A stretch of 64,000 nucleotides of DNA from Ignavibacteria bacterium UBA6906 (lineage in GTDB: Bacteria > Bacteroidota > Ignavibacteria > UBA10030 > UBA6906). Below the pieces are notes generated by a model, which ran no database searches, had not been told where the DNA came from, and saw only the letters and a list, made by a program, of their open reading frames with translations. This document shows, piece by piece, positions 40,467 to 49,597 of this stretch (positions are counted from its first letter, which is position 1; each line of letters starts with the position of its first letter). The translations under genes were made by a program, and so were the position numbers. The DNA is taken from NCBI GenBank assembly GCA_002451155.1, contig DKBG01000042.1:12133-76132 (forward strand). Reading direction: 5' to 3'.

Positions 40467-41471
40467 TTACCGCATTCGTTTTTGAAACAGCACCGCAGCG
40501 ATGATGATAATCCCCGTCAGCATCAACCGGCTCTCCTCCCCAACGGCATTGATGCTGAGAACCTTTTCAAGGTACCCAATGGTGAGAATCCCCAGCGCCG
40601 TCATCCAGATACTCCCGCGTCCGCCGCGCAGACTTATTCCCCCGATTACCACAATTGCGATGGCACTCAATTCATACGTGCTTCCCGCTTCCGGATCGCC
40701 CTGAAGCTCCTGCGCCGCCTGACAGATTCCTGCGACGCCGCAAAACAGACCACTCAGCGCGTAGGCCAGCAGTTTGACGGCCGAAACCGGAACTCCTGCC
40801 AGCCAGGACGAATCCTCGTTTCCCCCGACCGCGTACGTGTACCGCCCCCAGCGAAGTCGATCCAGAAAGATCCAGGAGAGCAGGACGCAGAACATCAGCA
40901 CCAGCGTCACGACAGCAATATTGTCGTCAAGAAGCCTGGAGCCGATGGTGTTGAAGATCTGCGGGACATCCACGTATTGGTAGGATCCATCGGGTAGCTG
41001 GACAGCAGTCGAGATCTTCTGCCCGCCAGAGACGAGTTTCGCAAGTCCCCGGGCGAACACCATCATTGCCAGCGTCGCGATAAACGGCTGGATCCGGAAT
41101 CGCGCGATGAGCCCCCCGGAGATGGCACCACAAAATGCGGCAGCAGCGATCGTCACCGCGATGGCGGGTATGACCGACCAGCCCCAGTGTATCGAAAAGA
41201 GCGAGAACAGGACCGCGGCGAGGCCCAGGATGCTCCCCACCGCAAGATCGATCCCTCCGGAAATAATAACGACCGTCATCCCGCACGCCAGGATACCATA
41301 GACAGACACCTGCCGGAGCATATCACGGTGAGTATCCCAGCTGAAAAACGCTCCGTCCGCGTTAAAGAGGAGTCCAAGCAAGAACACCAGCAACAGCGAC
41401 ACGATCCCTCTGGCTGTCGGGGAGAGAATCATCGTCCGGAGTCGGGGTATCAGCGAAGTCCTGTCAGGCAT
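40467..41471 (-). CDS. ABC transporter permease (monosaccharide RbsC/XylH/branched-type family)
   Basis: Multiple TM helices, and the motif pattern of binding-protein-dependent sugar permease family 2. The probable start MPDRTSLIP at 41471 lies 2 nt after the ATPase stop. Confidence 0.75.
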   Translation of the reverse strand: MPDRTSLIPRLRTMILSPTARGIVSLLLVFLLGLLFNADGAFFSWDTHRDMLRQVSVYGILACGMTVVIISGGIDLAVGSILGLAAVLFSLFSIHWGWSVIPAIAVTIAAAAFCGAISGGLIARFRIQPFIATLAMMVFARGLAKLVSGGQKISTAVQLPDGSYQYVDVPQIFNTIGSRLLDDNIAVVTLVLMFCVLLSWIFLDRLRWGRYTYAVGGNEDSSWLAGVPVSAVKLLAYALSGLFCGVAGICQAAQELQGDPEAGSTYELSAIAIVVIGGISLRGGRGSIWMTALGILTIGYLEKVLSINAVGEESRLMLTGIIIIAAVLFQKRMR

Positions 41472-43017
41472 GGGCACCCGCCGCATCAAGAAGGGCTGCG
41501 CGCAGTATTTCATCCTGAATCGCCTCGCCGCGAGCGAACTCCCGCACCACTTCCCCTTTCCGCATCACAAGAATTCTGTCGCTCAGTGCAAGCAACTCCG
41601 GCAATTCGGACGACACGAGCAGAATCCCGCAGCCCTTCCCTTTCAGCTGCATGAGAAGTTCATAGATTTCCTGTTTCGCCCCGACGTCAATCCCGCGAGT
41701 CGGATCATCAAGAAGGAGTATACGCGGATCTGTTTCCAGCCATTTTGCAAAAACCACCTTTTGCTGGTTCCCTCCGGAGAGATACTCAACACTGTCAGAC
41801 AGTGAGGCCGCCCGAATCCTGAGTCGTTGCGCCTGGCCCGCGGACGCCCGCCGCTCCCTGGAATGACTGAGCCATCCTCCCGGTGAATATCGTGCGAGAG
41901 AGGCAAGGGTGATATTGCCGGTGATACTCATCCCCATCACAAGCCCGTTGACCTTCCGGTCGTTTGTCTGAAGCACCATCCCCTGGCTGATCATGGAACG
42001 GGGTGTTCTCCTCGCCGTCCTCCGGCCAGGGAGGGTAATTGTACCATGTACTCTCCCCCGGGCATCGCCGAACAGTGCGTGGAGAATTTCGCTGGTTCCG
42101 CTCCCCTGTACCCCCGCGAGCCCGACAATCTCCCCCTCGAACACACTGAAGGACACCTCATGTACATCAGGGCGGTCACCGCTCCCACTCCCGGCTACGG
42201 TCAGGTGATTAACCGCAAGCACTTCACGCCCGCGTTCGGTTCTCGTGTAGGGAAAGTGATCTGTAATTTGTCTTCCCACCATCTTCCGGATCAGCTCATC
42301 ACGGGTCAGGTCAGACGCCCACGACGTCCCCACCGTTCCCCCGTCACGGAGGACGGTGATCCGATCTGCGATCCGGTCGATCTCCTCCAGCTTGTGCGAG
42401 ATATAGATCACGCCGCATCCACGCCCGGTAACCGCGCGGATCGCCGCGAACAACCGGTCCACCTCCTGAGCGTTGAGCGTGCTGGTTGGTTCATCCATGA
42501 TGAGAATATCCGCGTTCAGCGAAAGCGCACGCGCAATTTCAACGAGCTGCCGAACCGAGATCGGGAATTCCTCGACCGGCCTGTCAGGATCGATATTCAG
42601 ATGCATTTCTTTGAGGAGGAGATCGGCTGCCTTCCGCGAGGCGTTTCTGTCGAACCAGACCGACCCGACGCGTTGCCGGGCAAGGAGGAGGTTTTCCGCC
42701 ACGCTCATCGGCTCGACCAGGGAAAGTTCCTGGTAGATGATCGCGATTCCGTTTGCCCGGGCCTCGTGGGGGGAAGAAAAACGGACACGTCGGCCCTTCA
42801 GGAAGATCTCGCCGTCATGATCGCGGTAGACACCCGCGAGAATCTTCATGAGGGTGCTCTTCCCGGCACCGTTTTCACCGGCCAGCACATGGACTTCTCC
42901 CGCGCAAAGATCAAAGTCGATACCTTTAAGGACTTCGACCCCGGAGAAGGATTTGCGGATCGCCTTCATGCGGAGCAGTTCCCTGCCACCGGACCGATGT
43001 GCTGTTTCAGACTGCAC
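41464..43017 (-). CDS. ABC transporter ATP-binding protein with duplicated ATPase domains (RbsA/MglA/XylG type)
   Basis: Two Walker A motifs (GENGAGKST and GVQGSGTSE) and two signature motifs (LSGGNQQKV). Confidence 0.85.
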   Translation of the reverse strand: MQSETAHRSGGRELLRMKAIRKSFSGVEVLKGIDFDLCAGEVHVLAGENGAGKSTLMKILAGVYRDHDGEIFLKGRRVRFSSPHEARANGIAIIYQELSLVEPMSVAENLLLARQRVGSVWFDRNASRKAADLLLKEMHLNIDPDRPVEEFPISVRQLVEIARALSLNADILIMDEPTSTLNAQEVDRLFAAIRAVTGRGCGVIYISHKLEEIDRIADRITVLRDGGTVGTSWASDLTRDELIRKMVGRQITDHFPYTRTERGREVLAVNHLTVAGSGSGDRPDVHEVSFSVFEGEIVGLAGVQGSGTSEILHALFGDARGRVHGTITLPGRRTARRTPRSMISQGMVLQTNDRKVNGLVMGMSITGNITLASLARYSPGGWLSHSRERRASAGQAQRLRIRAASLSDSVEYLSGGNQQKVVFAKWLETDPRILLLDDPTRGIDVGAKQEIYELLMQLKGKGCGILLVSSELPELLALSDRILVMRKGEVVREFARGEAIQDEILRAALLDAAGAHA

Positions 43018-43029
43018 TGCGCCCTCGTC

Positions 43030-45318
43030 CTAGTCTCCGCTGACCTCGAACCGACCGGTCAGCACATCGCGTGAATTGCCCCCTACCTGGACCAGAAAGG
43101 CCCCTGGTTCCACAACGCGCTTCATCGCGGGATTGAGCATTGACAGACTCGCCGGCGTAAGGATGAAATTCACCGTCCGCGCTTCGCCCGGACGGAGCGA
43201 GATTTTGACAAACCCTCGAAGTTCTTTCACCGGCCGGGTGACGCTTCCGGCGAGGTCACGAATGTACAGCTGCACCACTTCTTCCCCCTGCCTGTCACCT
43301 GCATTCAGTACCTCCACGCTCACCTTCAGATGTTCGCCCGGCGAGATTCGTAATTTCTCGAGCGTGAGAGACCGGTATACAAAACGGGTATAACTCAGCC
43401 CGTACCCGAACGGGTAGAGGGGAATGGATGGCGAGTCGATGTACTTTGAGTTCCACTTCACTGAGTCAACGGGCGGTCTTCCGGTGTTTTTGTGGTTGTA
43501 GTAGAGGGGGATCTGCCCGACAGAGTAGGGAAATGTGGCCGGTAATTTCCCCGAGGGGTTCACGTCGCCGAAAAGCACGTCCGCCACGGCGTTCCCCCCC
43601 TCGACTCCGGCAAACCAGGTTTCAAGGACTGCCGTTGCGCGTTCATGGATCCCGGGAATCGCGAGCGGGCGTCCGTTCATCAGGACAACCGCAACCGGTT
43701 TCTTCGCCTTCAGGATCTCATCCAGCAACTGCTCCTGGACTCCGGGGAGGCCAAGGGTGGCCCGGCTCGCCGCCTCCCCGCTCATGGATGAAGCCTCCCC
43801 GAGGACCGCGATCACGACATCTGCTTTTCGCGCGGCATCCAGAGCTTCCGCAAATCCTCCGGTTGAGTTCCCGTCGATTTCACATCCTTTCGCGTAGAGA
43901 ATCCGTTTCCCCGCCCTCGCACGAAGACCGCGGAGCACAGAGATCGCATCTTGGGCACGGCCGGCAGCATGCCAGGGACCAAGGATACTCTCGCTGTCGT
44001 CGGCAAGCGGCCCGACAACAGCAATCAATCCCGTTCCTTCCCTGACCGGCAGAAGGCCCGCGTCGTTCTTGAGAAGAACCAGCGATCTCCGCGCGACGTC
44101 TCGTGCCAGCTGGCGGTGCGAGGGGGAGAGGATTGTCTTCTGTTCACGGTCCGAACTTGCGGAGCGGTATGGGTTTTCAAAGAGTCCCAGCATGAATTTT
44201 ACACGCAGCACACGTCGCACGGCCTTATCGAGAACTTCCACAGACAATTTTCCTGACTGAACAAGTTCCATGCAATAGTCGTGATAGGCATTTCCCTCCA
44301 TGTCCATATCCACGCCTGCAGTCAGAGCAAGAAGCGCTGCATCCTCATGAGTCGCGGCGATCCCGTGCTCCTGTAGCTCCGCAACAGACCCCCAGTCGCT
44401 GACGACAAATCCCTGGAATCCCCATTCACCGCGGAGGATGTCGGTCAGGAGGTGGGAGTTGGCAGTGCTCGGCACACCCCCGATCTCATTGAACGAACAC
44501 ATAATGGTTGCGGCTCCCGCCTTGACTGCAGCCTCGAAGGGAGGAAGGTACACTTCACGCAGGGTGCGCTCAGAGATATCAACGGTGTTGTAGTCCCTTC
44601 CTCCTTCCGCTCCGCCATAGGCAGCAAAATGTTTCGGGCAGGCAACCAGGGAAGTTTGATCCCCCACGTCTTCACCTTGAAAGCCCATCACTCTAGAGGC
44701 TGCCATGAGTGATCCAAGGAACGGATCTTCGCCAGATCCTTCAGCGATTCTTCCCCATCGCGGATCTCGCGCAATGTCGACCATGGGAGCAAATGTCCAG
44801 TGCAGGCCGGAGGCTGCCGCCTCCACGGCCGCGACCCGTGCCGACTGACGCACAAGATCCGGTTCCCAGGTGCTGGCCTCCGCCAGGGGGATCGGGAACA
44901 CGGTCCGGAATCCGTGGATTACATCGAACCCGAACAGAAGAGGTATCCCCAGCCGGGAATCTTCCACGGCAACTCTCTGGATCCGATGTGTCAGGTCTGC
45001 GCCCACAGCATTCAGCAGGCTGCCTATTTTCCCCGCCTGGACCTCGGCTTCCAGTGCGGGGGAAAGGGCGGTAGAGTCTACCGCTGATTTCGATCGAAAG
45101 GTCATCAGAACGAGCTGCCCCACTTTTTCTTCTATCGTCATTCGTGAGAGCAGGGAGTCAATCCGGAGATCGAGGGCTGTTCCGGGTTTGTCCTCCCTCG
45201 CAAACACTGCCAGGTGTGCAGACACAAGAAGGAGAAGAAGAACTTTGTGAGGATGGCGCATTGAGTTCCCCAGGTCGTGTGTGTTCCGGCGAGCAGTGTG
45301 GCTCGGTGATTTCCTCAT
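43030..45318 (-). CDS. glycoside hydrolase family 3 beta-glucosidase (BglX-like)
   Basis: GFVVSDWGSVAE nucleophile motif, 762 aa, and a signal peptide (MRHPHKVLLLLLVSAHLAVFA). Confidence 0.85.
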   Translation of the reverse strand: MRKSPSHTARRNTHDLGNSMRHPHKVLLLLLVSAHLAVFAREDKPGTALDLRIDSLLSRMTIEEKVGQLVLMTFRSKSAVDSTALSPALEAEVQAGKIGSLLNAVGADLTHRIQRVAVEDSRLGIPLLFGFDVIHGFRTVFPIPLAEASTWEPDLVRQSARVAAVEAAASGLHWTFAPMVDIARDPRWGRIAEGSGEDPFLGSLMAASRVMGFQGEDVGDQTSLVACPKHFAAYGGAEGGRDYNTVDISERTLREVYLPPFEAAVKAGAATIMCSFNEIGGVPSTANSHLLTDILRGEWGFQGFVVSDWGSVAELQEHGIAATHEDAALLALTAGVDMDMEGNAYHDYCMELVQSGKLSVEVLDKAVRRVLRVKFMLGLFENPYRSASSDREQKTILSPSHRQLARDVARRSLVLLKNDAGLLPVREGTGLIAVVGPLADDSESILGPWHAAGRAQDAISVLRGLRARAGKRILYAKGCEIDGNSTGGFAEALDAARKADVVIAVLGEASSMSGEAASRATLGLPGVQEQLLDEILKAKKPVAVVLMNGRPLAIPGIHERATAVLETWFAGVEGGNAVADVLFGDVNPSGKLPATFPYSVGQIPLYYNHKNTGRPPVDSVKWNSKYIDSPSIPLYPFGYGLSYTRFVYRSLTLEKLRISPGEHLKVSVEVLNAGDRQGEEVVQLYIRDLAGSVTRPVKELRGFVKISLRPGEARTVNFILTPASLSMLNPAMKRVVEPGAFLVQVGGNSRDVLTGRFEVSGD

Positions 45319-45357
45319 GATCCCACGGTCTCGGCCGGGCCGATCGCGGGCACGCTG

Positions 45358-46332
45358 TTAGCGGGAGTGCGATTTCTCCAGCTCGGTCCAGGCCAGGGCG
45401 GCCGCTCCCAGAACCCCCGCACCTCGTTCCTTGAGCCCGCTCGGCAAGAGTTTCACCTTGCCCTTGAAGATATTGAGCAGATGTCGTTCGAGATGAAGTG
45501 CCGTCGGCTCGAAGATCAGCGTGCCGGCGGCGGTCAAACCACCAGACAGAATGATTGCGGCAGGGCTGGTGTGAACGACAGAATCCGCAAGCTTCGTTCC
45601 GAGTATTTCACCGGTCACCGCGAATGCTTCACGCGCAATCGTGTCTCCTCGTTCTGCGGCGTCGGAGATCATTTTCGCCGTGAGATCGTTGAATGCTATC
45701 CCGCGGAGTTCGCTTTCTGCTCTGCGGTCGGCGAGCAGTTCGTACACCGTACGGCATATTCCTGTCGCTGAGCAGTACGTCTCGAGGCAGCCCCGGCGGC
45801 CGCACCCGCACTCCCTCCCACCCGGGCGGGCGGTCATGTGCCCAAGCTCTCCCGCAAACCCGTCGTGCCCATAGACCAGTTCGCCGTTGACTATCAGGCC
45901 GCTCCCCAGTCCTGTCCCCAGAGTGATGACGATAAAGTCCTTGAGGCCCTTTCCCGCACCGAAAAGCAACTCTCCGATCGCCGCCGCATTCGCATCGTTG
46001 GTGATCACGACCGGCACCTCGCTGTATCGCCGGAACAGGCCAACGACATCTGTGACCCCTTTCCAGCTAAGGTTGGGAGGGGATTCGACTGTTCCGCGAT
46101 AGTAATTCGCGTTCGGCGCACCGATGCCTATCCCCTTCATGCGTGCCGCGGGACGCCGGGCGAGCAGTCCCCGGATGGACTCATCGAGCCTGGCGATCAA
46201 TCGGGGCGCCGCCTCATCCGCGCGTGTCGGGACTGTAGCGTCATCATGCAGGTGGCCATTCCGATCCACCAGACCGACTGTCGTATTGGTCCCGCCAATG
46301 TCGACACCGATCACGAGCTCCTCTGTAGTCAT
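45358..46332 (-). CDS. ROK-family sugar kinase (glucokinase / N-acetylglucosamine-kinase-like)
   Basis: N-terminal ELVIGVDIGGTNT and the ROK zinc motif CGCGRRGCLETYCS. Confidence 0.8.
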   Translation of the reverse strand: MTTEELVIGVDIGGTNTTVGLVDRNGHLHDDATVPTRADEAAPRLIARLDESIRGLLARRPAARMKGIGIGAPNANYYRGTVESPPNLSWKGVTDVVGLFRRYSEVPVVITNDANAAAIGELLFGAGKGLKDFIVITLGTGLGSGLIVNGELVYGHDGFAGELGHMTARPGGRECGCGRRGCLETYCSATGICRTVYELLADRRAESELRGIAFNDLTAKMISDAAERGDTIAREAFAVTGEILGTKLADSVVHTSPAAIILSGGLTAAGTLIFEPTALHLERHLLNIFKGKVKLLPSGLKERGAGVLGAAALAWTELEKSHSR

Positions 46333-46988
46333 GGCATCCTTTGGTACGCAGTGATCAGAGAACACGGGAGCAGAAGATCCCACCGGGACGCGTCTGCTGC
46401 ACCTTTCGGGAATTTGCAGAAAAGAAGAAAACCTCTGCGGCGTAGTGCTCTAAAATAGGGGGAACTTGCATCTTTCGCAATCCATCGACCGCTGAGAATG
46501 CACTTCGGGGCCGGACCATTCCATACCCTCGGCCTGCGTGTTCGAGTCCGGCCGAACGCCCCCCTCAACAGGCTGCGGACACACCTGCCACCCTCGGAGC
46601 GGTGCTGATCCCGGCTTACGTCGACATCGAAGGCCAGGCCTATCAGCCGCGTATCGCAGGACGCTTTCCTGCGAACCGGTCGGGCACGGAGTGTCACGGA
46701 TGAATCGTTCCTTATCCGCTACACGGCGACCACAGAGCACCTCCTGTGCGTGACAGGCTCGTTCGGCGGAAGATCCCGGCAACGGGTACGGTTTCCGGAG
46801 AGGAAAGCCCGGAGAGATCAGGCAGTTCAAGGTCAGCGTCTCGCTCCTCGACTTTTGCTGACACATCTCCGGCAGGGGCCGGAGCACCCATCACGGCAAC
46901 ATGATGAGAATCCCCGTTTGCGAACCTGCCGCACCGCCACCGCCCTCCTCGGCGCTTCCGCGGCAACGGTATCGGCCAGGCGGCCGCG

Positions 46989-48557
46989 CTAGAATGGAAA
47001 TTCCTGAATTTCTCCCTGCTCGATCGTATCAGGCTTTTTCAGCTCTGGCGGCTTGGCTTGCTGATGGGCGATATGGGCTTCCACGTAGATTGCTTTTTTC
47101 GGCTTGGTAGGACAGGAATGCTCACAGGCACCGCAACCGACACAGATCTCGTTTTTCAACTCCGGCAGCGTCAGCTTTCCCTCATAGGGGACCATTTTCA
47201 CGGCTTTTGTTGGACAGTGTTCCGAGCAGGCCCCGCATTCCGTTTTCTTGGTGATGACAATGCAGTCTTCTTTCACGAACACGGCTTTGCCGAGCTGAAC
47301 GAGCTTCTTCTCCGGGAGGGGCAGCGGAAGAATCGCGCCGCTGGGACAGATCTCCCCGCAGATGGTGCAATCATAGTTGCAGTAGCTTACCCAGTAGTCC
47401 AGTTTCGGCTGAAAGAGGCCTCCCATGCCATACTCAAACAGCGACGGAACAAGCACCTGCGTTGGACAGGTGCTGATACAGAGATGACAGGCCGTACAGA
47501 GCCCGGAAAAGTGTTCGATGCCGCGGGAACCCGGCGGCGTTACCGGATGCAGCTGTCTCGGCTCGTCGCTCTTGACCGTCGCGCTGTCCTTCGGCAGACC
47601 CGCGAGCAGGACCCCCGGCCCGACCAACGTCTTGAGGACTGCACGCCTGCTGCTATCTGGCGGGGACGCGGATCTCTTTTCCCACGGCCAGTTCCATCCC
47701 GAGTACGTGACACCGACCGTCGGGCAGGACTCGATGCAATTGAAGCAGCTCACACATGCGGCAAAATCAACAGTCTTCTTCTCTGCGTCAACACAGTAGG
47801 CCTTGCACACTTTTTCGCAGAGACCGCAATCTTCGCAGGTGTTCTTGTCGATCACGATTTTGAACAGCGCGAATCGTGAGACCAGACCGAGCACCGCGCC
47901 GGCGGGACAGAGCGTGTTGCAGAAAAGCCGGCCGTGGGTATACGAGAGGTAGAAGAGCAGGAGAACAAAGAGAAGGGGGGCCGCCACCATGGCGACCCCG
48001 AATCCTTTCAGCGGAATATGAACAACGCTGTATGAACCGAGCGCGGAGAGGGAATAGGCAACGACGTTATTCACGGCCAGGAGGATCGGGCGCGCCAGAG
48101 CCTGAACGATTCTGCCGAAATTGCTGAAGGGTTCCGTGAGGTTCAGGAGCGTCATACTCCCGAGAAGCGCCAGCAGAACGGTCACTGCGAGCAGAGTGTA
48201 GTGCAGACGATAGTGGGGTCTTCTGTACTCAAACCACTTCCGTCGCCGCCGGACGCGCCGGTCACGTATCCGCCGGAAGCGAATAATGAAGTCCTGGAGT
48301 GTCCCGAGCGGACAGATGGAAGAACAGTAGACCCGTCCGAACACCAGCGTCAGGACAAGAATGCAGGCGGCTCCCACCGTCCAGAGCCCGATCCCCACTA
48401 CTGTCTTCGTCACTGCCGGAACGAACTGGAATGCTACGAGCATACTCATCGTGTCCGGCGGGATCCACCTGCCGATGTCAAGGAAGAGAATACCGGTCAG
48501 GAGAAAGAAGAGAAGCGATACGACGATCCGAACGATCTTCAGATGCTCGAGCTTCAT
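46989..48557 (-). CDS. membrane-anchored polyferredoxin (multiple 4Fe-4S clusters, NapH/MauN-like)
   Basis: N-terminal TM helices followed by at least four CxxCxxCxxxCP-type motifs (CEDCGLCEKVCK, CVSCFNCIESCP, CTACHLCISTCP, CGACSEHCP, CVGCGACEHSCP). Confidence 0.75.
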   Translation of the reverse strand: MKLEHLKIVRIVVSLLFFLLTGILFLDIGRWIPPDTMSMLVAFQFVPAVTKTVVGIGLWTVGAACILVLTLVFGRVYCSSICPLGTLQDFIIRFRRIRDRRVRRRRKWFEYRRPHYRLHYTLLAVTVLLALLGSMTLLNLTEPFSNFGRIVQALARPILLAVNNVVAYSLSALGSYSVVHIPLKGFGVAMVAAPLLFVLLLFYLSYTHGRLFCNTLCPAGAVLGLVSRFALFKIVIDKNTCEDCGLCEKVCKAYCVDAEKKTVDFAACVSCFNCIESCPTVGVTYSGWNWPWEKRSASPPDSSRRAVLKTLVGPGVLLAGLPKDSATVKSDEPRQLHPVTPPGSRGIEHFSGLCTACHLCISTCPTQVLVPSLFEYGMGGLFQPKLDYWVSYCNYDCTICGEICPSGAILPLPLPEKKLVQLGKAVFVKEDCIVITKKTECGACSEHCPTKAVKMVPYEGKLTLPELKNEICVGCGACEHSCPTKPKKAIYVEAHIAHQQAKPPELKKPDTIEQGEIQEFPF

Positions 48558-48560
48558 GCG

Positions 48561-49487
48561 CTACAGGGCGATCCGTTTGATATTCAGATTTTCCAGGTCC
48601 TTGCGCCCAACCCCCCGCTCCGCCGCCAGCGCAATATACCGCACGTTGTCCGGATCCAATCCAAAGAGCTTGGCGGCCGCCGCATCCGCCGCCACCATAT
48701 CTGTCGCAATCAACTGGGCTTTCATGATGACCACATCCTCGACCGACACCCCGCGCGGACCGTTTCTTTTCATCACCGCGTACGCATCGACGATCGTGAG
48801 CGTCGGCTTTCGAAACGCGGCATATTCCGCAATGCAGAGATGAAGATCATTGGAGTGCCAGAATCCCCGGTCCCATACATTGCCCATCAGGTTTTTCATT
48901 GCCACGGTTATCCGCGTCGAGCTATGGCTTTTCAGGACCGGCACATTTATGAACACGTCGCTTTCAAGAACCAGCTCATGTTCCTTCGTTGTCTTGAGAA
49001 CTGAGGCCCCGGGAATGCTGACTTCCTGAAAGTACCCCTCGCTATTTCCGGGGGCCATCGTGGCTCCCGCCGCCTTGACGGTCTCTTCAATCCCGCTCGT
49101 CCGATAGCACCGCTGCCAGTTGTCGCAGGTATGATCGAACACGTACACTTCTTTCGCCCCCGCGTCCAGACAGTGCCGGATGATCCGCGCAATCAATGCA
49201 GGGTTTGTGTTCCCTGCGCGTTCCGGCGCAACATCCCATCCAACGTTCGGCTTGATCACTACCTTCTGACCCTTCCGCACGAACGCCTTCATACCGCCGA
49301 GCGCTTCGATCCCCCGATCAAACATCATATCCGGCATCCCTCCCCGGATCGCCACCAGGTCAATCGGGGCTGGCGCGCGTTCAACGCGAGGCATCGCCAT
49401 CAGCGAGCGGGGCGTTCCCAGCGCAAAGTAGCTTCCCGCAAGGGCGCTCATGCCGAGCGTACGTCTGAAAAATGTTCGTCGATCCAT
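48561..49487 (-). CDS. DUF362-domain protein with a Tat signal peptide
   Basis: Twin-arginine motif MDRRTFFRRTLGMSALAGS. It lies 4 nt upstream of the polyferredoxin gene and matches DUF362 composition. Confidence 0.6.
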   Translation of the reverse strand: MDRRTFFRRTLGMSALAGSYFALGTPRSLMAMPRVERAPAPIDLVAIRGGMPDMMFDRGIEALGGMKAFVRKGQKVVIKPNVGWDVAPERAGNTNPALIARIIRHCLDAGAKEVYVFDHTCDNWQRCYRTSGIEETVKAAGATMAPGNSEGYFQEVSIPGASVLKTTKEHELVLESDVFINVPVLKSHSSTRITVAMKNLMGNVWDRGFWHSNDLHLCIAEYAAFRKPTLTIVDAYAVMKRNGPRGVSVEDVVIMKAQLIATDMVAADAAAAKLFGLDPDNVRYIALAAERGVGRKDLENLNIKRIAL

Positions 49488-49597
49488 GATATCCTCCCTC
49501 ATTGTCTCCCCCTCAGGGGGCGTGATATCCGGGGTATACGTGTGTCCGTCTGGGAGTCCGGCGAAATCCTGCAGGACTGTTCACACCAATCACCGTG

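Noticed and set aside
42046-43074. 342-aa plus-strand ORF
   Set aside because: It is antisense to the ABC ATPase gene, which has clear Walker and signature motifs.
46529-46555. tRNA T-loop-like GTTCGAGTCC sequence
   Set aside because: The flanking 5-nt arms (GCGTG and CCGGC) cannot form a T-stem, and there is no acceptor stem, anticodon arm or CCA. It is part of a different local hairpin, not a tRNA.
46600-46815. RNase P RNA-like P4 motifs (CCCGGCUUA and GGAAAGCCCGG)
   Set aside because: The motifs occur in the wrong 5'-to-3' order for RNase P RNA on either strand and lack the surrounding conserved regions. They are probably chance matches; Rfam could confirm.
47058-49004. Plus-strand ORFs of 273 aa and 267 aa
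   Set aside because: They are antisense to the polyferredoxin and DUF362 genes.
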